A DNA stretch of 11,701 bases from a virus, in UHGV virus genome UHGV-0310186; one strand, given 5' to 3'. The notes below the pieces were generated by a model, which was not told the origin of the DNA, ran no database searches, and saw nothing but the letters and a program-made list of their open reading frames with translations. Made by a program: the position numbers and the translations under genes. Of this stretch, positions 1 through 6,969 are shown piece by piece; position 1 is the stretch's first letter, and every line of letters starts with the position of its first letter.

Positions 1-102
1 GTGTGAAGTGGGGACGGACACCGCAAAAGAAATTCTCTATGCCCGTATGAAAGCCGAGCCCACGCCTGCGGATGAAGCCACGTCGTATGCCATCCGTTTT
101 CC
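1..102 (+). repeat. Inverted copy of an internal terminase-A segment; reverse complement of 834-935
   Basis: Direct comparison: window 1-102 equals the reverse complement of 834-935 with no mismatch seen. It reads in-frame as the terminase A peptide [34 protein letters not shown] on the plus strand. Confidence 0.8.
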
Positions 103-195
103 CAGATCAAGCTGCCAGCGTTGCACGGACACACGTAATGCAGCGTAGGCATACACCAGGCAGTCCAGCGCTTCGTTACGCCGCTTTTTGTTATC
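102..195 (-). repeat. Direct copy of terminase-A 3' segment 643-736 (1 mismatch)
   Basis: Window 102-195 matches 643-736 in the same orientation with one substitution (gtaatgcAgcg vs gtaatgcCgcg). On the minus strand it encodes [32 protein letters not shown]. Confidence 0.8.
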
Positions 196-397
196 TACAG
201 TAGCTGAACTGCAGGCGCTGCGTCAGGCGCGCCTTGATTTATTAACCGGTAAACGGGTGGTGTCTGTCCAGAAAGATGGACGAAGAATTGAATATACGGC
301 GGCCTCTCTGGATGAGCTTAACCGTGCGATCAATGATGCTGAGTTGGTACTGGGGACAACCCGCCGTCGCCGTCGTCCGCTGGGAGTGAGGTTATGA
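188..397 (+). CDS. W: gpW-like head completion / head-tail joining protein, plus-strand copy; native start replaced, ORF opens at a TTG inside the junction
   Basis: 69-aa ORF ...[66 protein letters not shown] resembles lambda gpW (68 aa; ...[24 protein letters not shown]...RRRGPAGFYV). Its stop overlaps a following ATG (ATGA) as at the lambda W-B junction. Confidence 0.55.
   Translation: MLSTVAELQALRQARLDLLTGKRVVSVQKDGRRIEYTAASLDELNRAINDAELVLGTTRRRRRPLGVRL
196..290 (+). repeat. Left arm of a 95-bp inverted repeat (W 5' coding region); partner 462-556
   Basis: 196-290 equals the reverse complement of 462-556 with one mismatch (acagtAgctg vs acagtCgctg). The arms flank a 171-bp unique segment (291-461). 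Confidence 0.85.
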
Positions 398-510
398 AAC
401 GAACGCCTGTCCTGATTGATGTGAACGGCGTTCCGCTTCGGGAGAGCCTCAGCTACAAATTCAATTCTTCGTCCATCTTTCTGGACAGACACCACCCGTT
501 TACCGGTTAA
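394..510 (+). pseudogene. B: Portal protein (lambda gpB-like) N-terminal fragment, cut after about 22 codons
   Basis: An ATG overlapping the W stop opens [21 protein letters not shown], similar in position and composition to the lambda gpB N-terminus (..GPDGMTSLREYAGY..). The frame then runs into the inverted W repeat and ends at 508-510. Confidence 0.4.
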
Positions 511-561
511 TAAATCAAGGCGCGCCTGACGCAGCGCCTGCAGTTCAGCGACTGTAACCAT
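462..561 (-). pseudogene. W: gpW 5' fragment on the minus strand (native ATG, first 33 codons), then runs into unrelated antisense sequence
   Basis: The ATG at 561-559 sits directly after the terminase A stop, in the lambda A-W position. It encodes [35 protein letters not shown]; homology is lost at about 462, the edge of the inverted repeat. Confidence 0.5.
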
Positions 562-2473
562 TCACTCCTCCGGACAGCTTCGCTGCCAGTTCTTTAAGGG
601 TTGGCCGGGTCGTCTCTTCTTCCCGGGATTTTGCCAGTACAGCCAGATCAAGCTGCCAGCGTTGCACGGACACACGTAATGCCGCGTAGGCATACACCAG
701 GCAGTCCAGCGCTTCGTTACGCCGCTTTTTGTTATCCCACAGCAGACGCATCTTTCCTTTTTCCCACTTCTCCACAAGCTCTTCCGCGACCAGTTGCTGC
801 GCCTCTGTCTGCGAAAAAATCTCCGGATCATCAGGAAAACGGATGGCATACGACGTGGCTTCATCCGCAGGCGTGGGCTCGGCTTTCATACGGGCATAGA
901 GAATTTCTTTTGCGGTGTCCGTCCCCACTTCACACAGATAAACGCCCCGCTGATTGCGGGTTTTCGGCATGGTGATCACCGGCTTGCCATAGACAGACGC
1001 GCCTTTTACCGGCAGCACACGGAAAACACCGTGTTTTTTTGACCTCTGGTAGACGATTTCACCATCGATCCCCCCGGTGTCCCAGCAGACACGGGAAATG
1101 GTCATTTCGGTGCCATCCGCATGGCGGTATTTTTTGTTGATCGCCGCATCCACACGTAACAGCGTCTCTTCCTCATCAGGACGCCCCATAATGATGATTT
1201 TATCCACCAGAAAAGCTTCCTCTCCCGGTGCCCATCCCCAGACATACATCTCAAAACGGTTTCGCTGCGAGTCAATGCCCGCCGTCAGATAAACCACCCG
1301 GGCAGGCACCGCCGCCGTGTAACGCACAACCTTATCCATCAGCACCTGGTGATCGAGTTTTTCGCCCACGGCCTCTTCCCAGGTCTCGCCCAGCGTGGTG
1401 TTCACAAAGGTTTTCAGGCCGTTGGAATCTTTCAGTGCATCCAGCCAGTCATAGACTATCTGTACCCAGGTGGTGAACGGACTGTACGCTGTCCAGATAT
1501 GGAACGTGATGGAGCGCGGCGGCGGAATTTCATTATCCGCGGCGCTGAAAAACGTCAGACCGTCACGGGTCCACATCCCCGTGTTTTCACAGATCCACCG
1601 CCCGTTGCTCTGGTCAAGCTCAGACTGATGGATCACGCAGCCATGATGTTCACAGAGGTAGAAAACGCTTTCGGGGCTGTCCTTCTCCCATTTAAGGCCA
1701 AAAGGCGTGGATTCATCGCCAAATTTCAGATACTGCTCCTCCCCACAGTGTGGGCAGGGCACATAAAAACGCATGAAATGCGCCGACTCGTTGGCCGCTT
1801 TTTCGATCTGGCAGGTGCCTTTGATTTTAGGCGTCGAGCCGCGAATGGATTTGGGCCATACAGAGCCCTCAATACGTTTATCCCCAAGCAGGGTTGGCGA
1901 ACCCTCTTTTTCGACATCCGGTTCGAACGAGGAAAGTTCGTCATAGCAGACCACGTCCACGGATTTTTCACGGTAGTTTTTGGCGGCAGCGCCGCCCAGG
2001 CACCAGAAACCCACACCCGATGAAAAGCGTTTCAGCGTGAGGGTATTGTCACGATGTTTACGCCCCAGCCATGGAAAAAGGTCTTTCAGACATGGCACAT
2101 CCCGAATCGTCGCCTCCACGTGAGACTTCATAAAATCTTCAGCGGCAGAATCCGTGGGCTGAAAAAGCAGACTGTTTCGGGATTTATGCTCAATAAAATA
2201 CCCGACCACCCCCAGCAACATCTTTGTATAGCCAACACGGGCAGATTTAATCAGATTAACAGTCCGGATCTGATCATTCCCCATGCTGTTCATGATGGCG
2301 ATCTGGAACGGCAGCGTTTTCCATTCTCCCTCACCATATGAAGATTCTTTAGGCAGATAATAATTTTGATCAGCCCATTCAACTGGCGTCACCGGCAATG
2401 CCCTTATCAGGGGCTGTAATGCTGTTGTGACAGCACTCATCATATTATTCAGTTGTTGCTCTGATATATTCAT
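545..2473 (-). CDS. A: Terminase large subunit (lambda gpA family)
   Basis: Long ORF that aligns end to end with lambda gpA as I recall it ([46 protein letters not shown]..., ...GIDSQ..., ...[13 protein letters not shown]...). Start placed at ATG 2473 (MNISEQ) rather than the upstream in-frame ATG at 2530. The start overlaps the 3' end of Nu1, as in lambda. Confidence 0.95.
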   Translation of the reverse strand: MNISEQQLNNMMSAVTTALQPLIRALPVTPVEWADQNYYLPKESSYGEGEWKTLPFQIAIMNSMGNDQIRTVNLIKSARVGYTKMLLGVVGYFIEHKSRNSLLFQPTDSAAEDFMKSHVEATIRDVPCLKDLFPWLGRKHRDNTLTLKRFSSGVGFWCLGGAAAKNYREKSVDVVCYDELSSFEPDVEKEGSPTLLGDKRIEGSVWPKSIRGSTPKIKGTCQIEKAANESAHFMRFYVPCPHCGEEQYLKFGDESTPFGLKWEKDSPESVFYLCEHHGCVIHQSELDQSNGRWICENTGMWTRDGLTFFSAADNEIPPPRSITFHIWTAYSPFTTWVQIVYDWLDALKDSNGLKTFVNTTLGETWEEAVGEKLDHQVLMDKVVRYTAAVPARVVYLTAGIDSQRNRFEMYVWGWAPGEEAFLVDKIIIMGRPDEEETLLRVDAAINKKYRHADGTEMTISRVCWDTGGIDGEIVYQRSKKHGVFRVLPVKGASVYGKPVITMPKTRNQRGVYLCEVGTDTAKEILYARMKAEPTPADEATSYAIRFPDDPEIFSQTEAQQLVAEELVEKWEKGKMRLLWDNKKRRNEALDCLVYAYAALRVSVQRWQLDLAVLAKSREEETTRPTLKELAAKLSGGVNGYSR

Positions 2474-2954
2474 CGAGTAAATCCGGTAATTTATCCCCCG
2501 CCCGCGCACACTGATTTGCCCCCTTCGCAATAAGGGTTTTCAGATGGTCAAGATGGCGCGGTGTTAAATCAGGAAACTGTCGCTGCATGGATAAAGGGAT
2601 GGAATCAAGCGTACTGGATAACGCCATTGCCAGCTTGCTGAGGGCAAAAATACAGAACCCGGTATCAATAAGTTTTCCTTTTGACACCTCATTTTTTAAC
2701 TGCTGTGTAACAGCCTGTTCTGCTGTCAGTTCCCATCTGGCAATAAGCAATTTCTCCTCATAGTCGTCTTCGCTATCGCCATCAGGCACATCGTTTTTAC
2801 TTCTTCTCAGATACGATATGTAAAAATCGCGCCAGGCATCCAGATCCAGTTGCCCTCGCTTATTCGATATCGGGGCACCCGGCAATTTCTGCAATCTGCG
2901 AAGCTGGCGATCGGTCAGACTTAAATGCCTGGCAACTTCAGTCTGCGTAGCCAC
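2445..2954 (-). CDS. nu1: Terminase small subunit (lambda Nu1 family, divergent N-terminal DNA-binding domain)
   Basis: 169-aa ORF with a GTG start preceded by AGGTGAGGA. The C-terminal half resembles lambda Nu1 (TGFCIFALSKLAMALSSTLDSIPLSMQRQFPDLTPRHLDHLK...LLDEYI vs TAFCTFVLSRIAGEIASILDGLPLSVQRRFPELENRHVDFLK...LLSEYI). It lies immediately upstream of A, next to cos. Confidence 0.85.
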   Translation of the reverse strand: MATQTEVARHLSLTDRQLRRLQKLPGAPISNKRGQLDLDAWRDFYISYLRRSKNDVPDGDSEDDYEEKLLIARWELTAEQAVTQQLKNEVSKGKLIDTGFCIFALSKLAMALSSTLDSIPLSMQRQFPDLTPRHLDHLKTLIAKGANQCARAGDKLPDLLDEYIRATTE

Positions 2955-2996
2955 TCCTCACCTCGCAAAAACTCTCACTTCACAATCACAACAAAA

Positions 2997-3100
2997 CCGG
3001 TCATGTCCGGCTTACATGTCTATTTTTTGTGCATGTCCGGTTCACAGAAGACCTCTTTTTTTATTTTTCATATAGTTAACTTGAAGAGAAACCGGACATG
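2997..3100. promoter_or_regulatory. cosB-like terminase-binding region: three CATGTCCGG / CCGGACATG repeats plus an AT-rich spacer
   Basis: CATGTCCGG at 3002-3010 and 3032-3040, inverted CCGGACATG at 3092-3100, and an AT-rich tract at 3051-3090. Located between cosN and the Nu1 start, which is the cosB position in lambda (R3-I1-R2-R1 logic). Confidence 0.5.
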
Positions 3101-3170
3101 GTTCCCGGAAAATTTTCATAAATAGCGAAAACCCGCGAGGTCGCCGCCCCGTAACGGCCCGGATCGCCGG
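3101..3170 (-). other. cos: cos site core: cosN (cohesive-end sequence at 3138-3149) with flanking cosQ side
   Basis: The reverse complement of 3106-3150 reads GGGCGGCGACCTCGCGGGTTTTCGCTATTTATGAAAATTTTCCGG, which matches the first 45 nt of the lambda left end as I remember it. On the other side, ...CCGTTACGGGGCGGCGACCT matches the lambda right end. Confidence 0.8.
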
Positions 3171-3402
3171 AAAGGACCCGCAAAAATGATAATGGTTATC
3201 ATTTTCAATGTAGTCCGGTTTCTTCCACCATCGCACCGGACTGGCGACTATGAGGGGACAACGCCGCGCTCCGTTAACGCGGTAAACCCCGGTGTGTATC
3301 GTTTTTGATTATCCCCGCACACTCGCGCAGAGGAGTCTCCCTGTCGGGCTGCGGTCTCTGTTAATGAGGGAATACAGCGACGATACGGTGCATCAGCAAA
3401 AC

Positions 3403-3870
3403 TTAGTTCAGGCACTGAGTGCGGATATAGTCCTGTGCCCCTTCCAGCTGCTTCTGCATTGTCATCAACCGTTCTCTGAGGATGAAATAATCCCGTTCAG
3501 CGGTGTCTGCCAGTCGGGGGCCGGTTGCATTATCCACGCCGGAGGTGCCGGTGGCTTCACGCACGGTACCGGAGCAGGTGGCGTTGATCCGCAGGCGCTT
3601 ACGACCAGCGGCAACATCAGCACGCAGAGTTTCATTTTCAGCTCTCGCATCGGCTAATTCCCTCGAGTATCTGGCATCAAGTTCAGCGACATCACGCTGG
3701 CGTATCTGCATATCAGTAATTGTCGCGTTCGCCAGTTTCAGCTCACTGACTTTTTTATCGCGCTGCGCTTTGTAGGTGATGGCGTTATCGCGGTAATGAT
3801 TCAGCCCCAGACTAAGCACACCACAGGCTACCAGCAGGACAATAATCACCACACACAGAACACGGTTCAT
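3403..3870 (-). CDS. Rz: Rz i-spanin (inner-membrane spanin subunit)
   Basis: [75 protein letters not shown]... is close to lambda Rz (..[53 protein letters not shown]..). Start set at ATG 3870, not the upstream ATG at 3954. Confidence 0.9.
   Translation of the reverse strand: MNRVLCVVIIVLLVACGVLSLGLNHYRDNAITYKAQRDKKVSELKLANATITDMQIRQRDVAELDARYSRELADARAENETLRADVAAGRKRLRINATCSGTVREATGTSGVDNATGPRLADTAERDYFILRERLMTMQKQLEGAQDYIRTQCLN
3465..3650 (-). CDS. Rz1: Rz1 o-spanin lipoprotein, embedded in Rz in another frame
   Basis: [61 protein letters not shown] resembles lambda Rz1 (MLKLKMMLCVMMLPLVVVGC...[32 protein letters not shown]). Lipobox LVVSAC, proline-rich. Confidence 0.85.
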   Translation of the reverse strand: MRELKMKLCVLMLPLVVSACGSTPPAPVPCVKPPAPPAWIMQPAPDWQTPLNGIISSSENG

Positions 3871-3871
3871 A

Positions 3872-3958
3872 TCACCACCAACGGATTGCCCAGACCAGAA
3901 CAGCAATGGCCACAATACGAATGGCAAATGCCATTGCCCGAATAAGTTCAGCACTCAT
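3872..3958 (-). CDS. 28-aa hydrophobic peptide ORF, translationally coupled to Rz
   Basis: ATG at 3958; encodes [28 protein letters not shown]. Its TGA stop (3872-3874) lies 1 nt before the Rz ATG. Too short to appear in the supplied ORF track; coding status uncertain. Confidence 0.3.
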   Translation of the reverse strand: MSAELIRAMAFAIRIVAIAVLVWAIRWW

Positions 3959-3969
3959 CTTTTTAAAGT

Positions 3970-4220
3970 TCACGATTTCAGCGCAATGACCAGTTTTGCC
4001 AGCCCATACAGCATCGGAGACACAGCAATACCAACAGCCACCCACTTAATAGCAAAAGCCAGCGCTCTGCTGATGTCATCAGTCACTGTCACCCCAGCAG
4101 CCCCGACGAAGACAACATCACCCAGGCGAGGGACAGAAAAAGAGCAACCAGCATTAGTGAAAATGAAATACCGACAATCACACACAGGACCTTTGCCGGC
4201 GTTATGAGTTTGTCTGACAT
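3970..4220 (-). pseudogene. Small membrane-protein gene, apparently frameshifted near 4095 in a G-rich run
   Basis: ATG at 4220 with an AAGGGG Shine-Dalgarno 5 nt upstream opens MSDKLITPAKVLCVIVGISFSLMLVALFLSLAWVMLSSSGLLG and stops at 4092-4094. Another frame continues directly with ..VTVTDDISRALAFAIKWVAVGIAVSPMLYGLAKLVIALKS to 3970. The motif RALAFAIKWVAVGIAV recurs as [14 protein letters not shown] in the 28-aa ORF downstream. Confidence 0.3.
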
Positions 4221-4390
4221 AGCTACCCCTTAATTGCCACAATTAACTGGGATACTACCCATAAAAAAGGGATGCTCCAGACCAGCAAAAATTTCCAGTT
4301 TGGTAATTGACTAATCATGAGTCGCAACTCCCTAATCAGTTTGCTAAAATCAATCAAGGCAGCCTCCCATAGCTTACTGCCATAAAAACA

Positions 4391-4423
4391 AAACCCCGCT
4401 TGCTGCCAACAAACGGGGTTTTT
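4391..4423. terminator. Bidirectional rho-independent terminator-like hairpin
   Basis: AAAACCCCG-(15-nt loop)-CGGGGTTTTT: GC stem CCCCG/CGGGG with an A-tract on one side and a T-tract on the other, so it could terminate either strand. About 90 nt downstream of the endolysin stop. Confidence 0.55.
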
Positions 4424-4512
4424 ACTTTTATTCACTTACATTTTGCCAGTTCGCAGGATTTCGTGTTATCCGTCCGCCTTGGCCAACGTCATTTATTAGC
4501 AAAATATTCTGC

Positions 4513-4875
4513 TTATCTGTCGATTCCCCAGCACGCCAGCGCGCTCTCCTGGTCACGACGGGATACCTGACCGTAACAGTTATTTGAGCGAATACGGCAG
4601 TCCCTGCCACCGTCCTTAATCCACCAGCGAATCGCCTCACACGCTCCCCTGCGGTCACCAGCATTCAGCCGCTTATAAAACGTCGACGGGAAACACTTAC
4701 CGGGGCCAATGTTATAGGGACAGAATGACGCTATACCCGCTTTCTGTGGTTCGGTCAGTGGAACTTTAATATTGCGCTCCACCCATGCCAGCGCCTTATC
4801 CCGTTCAATGGCATTAACCTGGTCGCATTTTTCCTTCGACAGTTTCATGCCCGGAATAACAGGTTTACCATCCAC
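4513..4875 (-). pseudogene. R: Endolysin (phage lysozyme, SAR-endolysin R21/933W-R type) 3' portion, detached from its 5' portion
   Basis: VDGKPVIPGMKLSKEKCDQVNAIERDKALAWVERNIKVPLTEPQKAGIASFCPYNIGPGKCFPSTFYKRLNAGDRRGACEAIRWWIKDGGRDCRIRSNNCYGQVSRRDQESALACWGIDR aligns with the C-terminal two-thirds of P21-type lysozymes. It lacks the SAR domain and catalytic Glu, and begins at a GTG created by the junction. Confidence 0.85.
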
Positions 4876-4915
4876 CTAATCCTCTACTGAAATTGTCAGA
4901 TATATTTCAGCCATC
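4832..4915 (-). repeat. Left composite inverted-duplication block: copy of element a (4832-4875) and element b (4877-4915)
   Basis: 4832-4875 is the exact reverse complement of 5173-5216 (44 bp); 4877-4915 is the exact reverse complement of 5218-5256 (39 bp). Element b contains the 7-bp palindromic arms CTGAAAT/ATTTCAG and a GAGGA Shine-Dalgarno. Confidence 0.9.
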
Positions 4916-5001
4916 AGGAAAAACGCCAGTGTCCTACCGCTGGCGGGCTGAAGATTTAACATATCCAGGGATTCGGAACCGATAAATCCTGATAAATATC
5001 C

Positions 5002-5226
5002 ATGAACACCAAAATCAAATATGGCCTGTCGGCTGCCGTTCTGGCGTTGATTGCCATCGGTGCGCCTGCGCCTGATATTCTCGACCAGTTTCTGGATGAA
5101 AAAGAAGGTAACCACACAACGGCATACCGTGATGGTGCGGGTATCTGGACCATCTGCCGCGGTGCCACAATGGTGGATGGTAAACCTGTTATTCCGGGCA
5201 TGAAACTGTCGAAGGAAGATGGCTGA
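5002..5226 (+). pseudogene. R: Endolysin 5' portion (SAR signal-anchor and catalytic E-8aa-D-5aa-T motif) ending at a premature stop
   Basis: MNTKIKYGLSAAVLALIAIGAPAPDILDQFLDEKEGNHTTAYRDGAGIWTICRGATMVDGKPVIPGMKLSKEDG*: a Gly/Ala-rich SAR domain followed by the lysozyme catalytic motif. It shares the 15 codons VDGKPVIPGMKLSKE with the minus-strand 3' portion, then runs into element b and stops. Confidence 0.85.
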
Positions 5227-5256
5227 AATATATCTGACAATTTCAGTAGAGGATTA
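5173..5256 (+). repeat. Right composite inverted-duplication block: element a (5173-5216) and element b (5218-5256)
   Basis: Same two elements as 4832-4915, each inverted. Order is a then b on this side, b then a when the left block is read on the minus strand. Confidence 0.9.
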
Positions 5257-5259
5257 ACC

Positions 5260-5574
5260 ATGCATAACGATCAACATAATTATGATTTATGCCTGCAAGC
5301 CATAAATGAGCGGGTAAAATCAGAGTGCCTCTTACTCCTCCCACAAGAACACGATGCAGTAAAATCCATTCAGGCTGAGCCGTATGGACATCTCACACCT
5401 GTGACTCTCGGCATTATCGCCAGAGCATTAACACAGCCCATGCTTATGCGTATTAAGACCAATATAAATAACTGGTTGAATGAAGAATTAAGCTACCTTG
5501 ATTGTGAGTGGGACAATCATTACGCAAAAACACAAAAAGAACGCATCTTCAGTCGATTATCCAGCAACAGATAA
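5260..5574 (+). CDS. Hypothetical protein (104 aa), plus strand, convergent with the 268-aa ORF
   Basis: ATG at 5260 preceded by AGAGGA inside element b; 104 codons, lower GC than the flanking phage genes. No family recognised by eye. Confidence 0.45.
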   Translation: MHNDQHNYDLCLQAINERVKSECLLLLPQEHDAVKSIQAEPYGHLTPVTLGIIARALTQPMLMRIKTNINNWLNEELSYLDCEWDNHYAKTQKERIFSRLSSNR

Positions 5575-5583
5575 CGAGCCACC

Positions 5584-6390
5584 TTATATACGCCCTTTCA
5601 GATAAGTCATCCCCGGCTGCATCCAGTCAACAGGTGCTTTCTTAAAGGGCGTATTATCAAAATCACGCAGAAGAGCCTCCAGCACAACTGCATCATTGTC
5701 AGCACCACTGGCCATCATTTCAATCTCAGCTGCTACCTGCAGATATCCCATGCAACGACCAATGCGCTTCATCAGCCCCTGCTTTTTATTGTTCTTCAGG
5801 TAATCAATGGCAAATTCAATGAGCGCCTCACTATGCTGGTGCGATGGCGGTGTTAATTTCCCATTTTCTGAGATGGTTATTTTCCCGCCATCTCCGTATA
5901 CAACAAAGGATGGCCGGTTACACTCCCATTCCTGATCTTTATCAGGTGCAGACGCAATAAAATAACGTTTATTTCCTTCCTCTCCGGCACTTTTAACCGT
6001 AATGGAGTACTCAGACTGCAGACAAGACGCCTCTTTTTCTGACCGCAGTGTTGACGGCGGCATCTTCAGAGAACAAGTAATTCTTCCCGGTAGCTTTCCT
6101 TTGTAGGTTATCAACACATCCTGCGCCTCTAAAATTACGGGGCGCTTTTCCGGCAACGGTTCGTTCCATTCACATAACCCGGCAGCAACATCCATGAAAA
6201 ACTGCTTCGCCTGCTTTTTCGCCTCAGCTTCGTAAAACTCCAGCGTGGCACCTTCAGTACGGTCAAGACTAATCGCCACATCTGGCAACAACAGCGACGC
6301 TTGCCCGTCACCTTCCGGCTTCACAGTAACAGTAACCTTATCCCCGTAATTATTTATCCCCTTAACAACCAGTTCATATTTTTTATTCAT
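5584..6390 (-). CDS. Hypothetical protein (268 aa) between holin and endolysin, translationally coupled to the holin
   Basis: ATG at 6390 lies 4 nt after the holin stop, with a GGGGAGAG Shine-Dalgarno inside the holin 3' end. Long uninterrupted ORF; no family recognised by eye. Confidence 0.65.
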   Translation of the reverse strand: MNKKYELVVKGINNYGDKVTVTVKPEGDGQASLLLPDVAISLDRTEGATLEFYEAEAKKQAKQFFMDVAAGLCEWNEPLPEKRPVILEAQDVLITYKGKLPGRITCSLKMPPSTLRSEKEASCLQSEYSITVKSAGEEGNKRYFIASAPDKDQEWECNRPSFVVYGDGGKITISENGKLTPPSHQHSEALIEFAIDYLKNNKKQGLMKRIGRCMGYLQVAAEIEMMASGADNDAVVLEALLRDFDNTPFKKAPVDWMQPGMTYLKGRI

Positions 6391-6394
6391 CACT

Positions 6395-6610
6395 TTACTC
6401 TCCCCGCGCCGCCTTACGCCGGTCCTCTTTGATTTTGAAATACAGGTTAGTCAGGTACGTCAGCAGCCCAAACAGCAGACTCCCCAGCACGCCTATTGCC
6501 GCCCACTGAGACGGGGAAACCCTGTCCAGCAACTGCAGGAACCAGTAGCCCGTTCCCACCGCTGACGTGGTGTATGACACACCTGTTGTGATTTTTTCCA
6601 TCTGGTACAT
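6395..6610 (-). CDS. S: Pinholin (phage 21 S21 family) with dual-start motif
   Basis: [71 protein letters not shown] is near-identical in pattern to P21 S21 (..[51 protein letters not shown]). Two in-frame starts (MYQM..., MEK...) fit a holin/antiholin pair. GGGAGA Shine-Dalgarno. Confidence 0.9.
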   Translation of the reverse strand: MYQMEKITTGVSYTTSAVGTGYWFLQLLDRVSPSQWAAIGVLGSLLFGLLTYLTNLYFKIKEDRRKAARGE

Positions 6611-6686
6611 ACCCCGTCTCCCGTTATCCGGAAGCTCACAACAATATAAAGACCACCGGCACACACCGATGGTCCCTTGCGCAGGC

Positions 6687-6932
6687 TTACATCATCATGT
6701 CGCTGTCAGGTGTGGGTTCACCGCCATCTGAAGCACTCCCGTCACCCGCGATACCTTCCGGCTCCGGAACCGCTGGTACGCCCAGCAGCTCATCCAGAAT
6801 GGCATCCACTTCTGCATCAAGACGCGACTCAAGGTTCTGGCGGAGTTTCTGTTTCAGTGCGCTCAGGACTTCTTCAGAGCGCAGGACTTCCTTCACTGCC
6901 TCAGCAGTGACCAGGGATGTGATTTCTGACAT
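6687..6932 (-). CDS. Hypothetical acidic protein (81 aa)
   Basis: Internal ATG at 6932 of the 139-aa track ORF gives [81 protein letters not shown]. Sits between NanS-p and the holin. Confidence 0.4.
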   Translation of the reverse strand: MSEITSLVTAEAVKEVLRSEEVLSALKQKLRQNLESRLDAEVDAILDELLGVPAVPEPEGIAGDGSASDGGEPTPDSDMMM

Positions 6933-6969
6933 GGGATTTTCTCGTTGAAAGGTGTTGTCAAGAAAGTGA

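Noticed and set aside
1349-2023. 224-aa plus-strand ORF, and several shorter ORFs on both strands between 562 and 2341
   Set aside because: They lie antisense to or out of frame within terminase A, whose 640-aa product aligns along its length with lambda gpA. They are by-products of a GC-rich coding region.
2474-2530. Upstream ATG at 2530 as the terminase A start (661-aa version)
   Set aside because: Homology to gpA begins exactly at MNISEQ (ATG 2473). The extra 19 codons (MRRGQISVRGRG...) have no counterpart and lie inside the Nu1 coding sequence.
2925-3236. ORFs 2925..3125 (+) and 3042..3236 (-) across the cos region
   Set aside because: The interval is accounted for by cosB repeats and cosN, which match lambda at the nucleotide level. 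No coding signal is expected in cos.
3292-3775. Plus-strand ORFs 3292..3657 and 3503..3775
   Set aside because: Antisense to Rz/Rz1, which are strongly supported by similarity to lambda spanins.
4876-5261. Minus-strand ORFs 4876..5115 and 4956..5261 (79 and 101 aa)
   Set aside because: They are antisense to the clearly lysozyme-like plus-strand N-terminal fragment and read through the junction repeats. Treated as spurious.
6611-6664. Longer holin start at 6664 ([18 protein letters not shown]... extension)
   Set aside because: The extension has no similarity to pinholins and lacks an RBS. The MYQM/MEK dual start at 6610/6601 matches the S21 holin/antiholin arrangement and has a GGGAGA Shine-Dalgarno.
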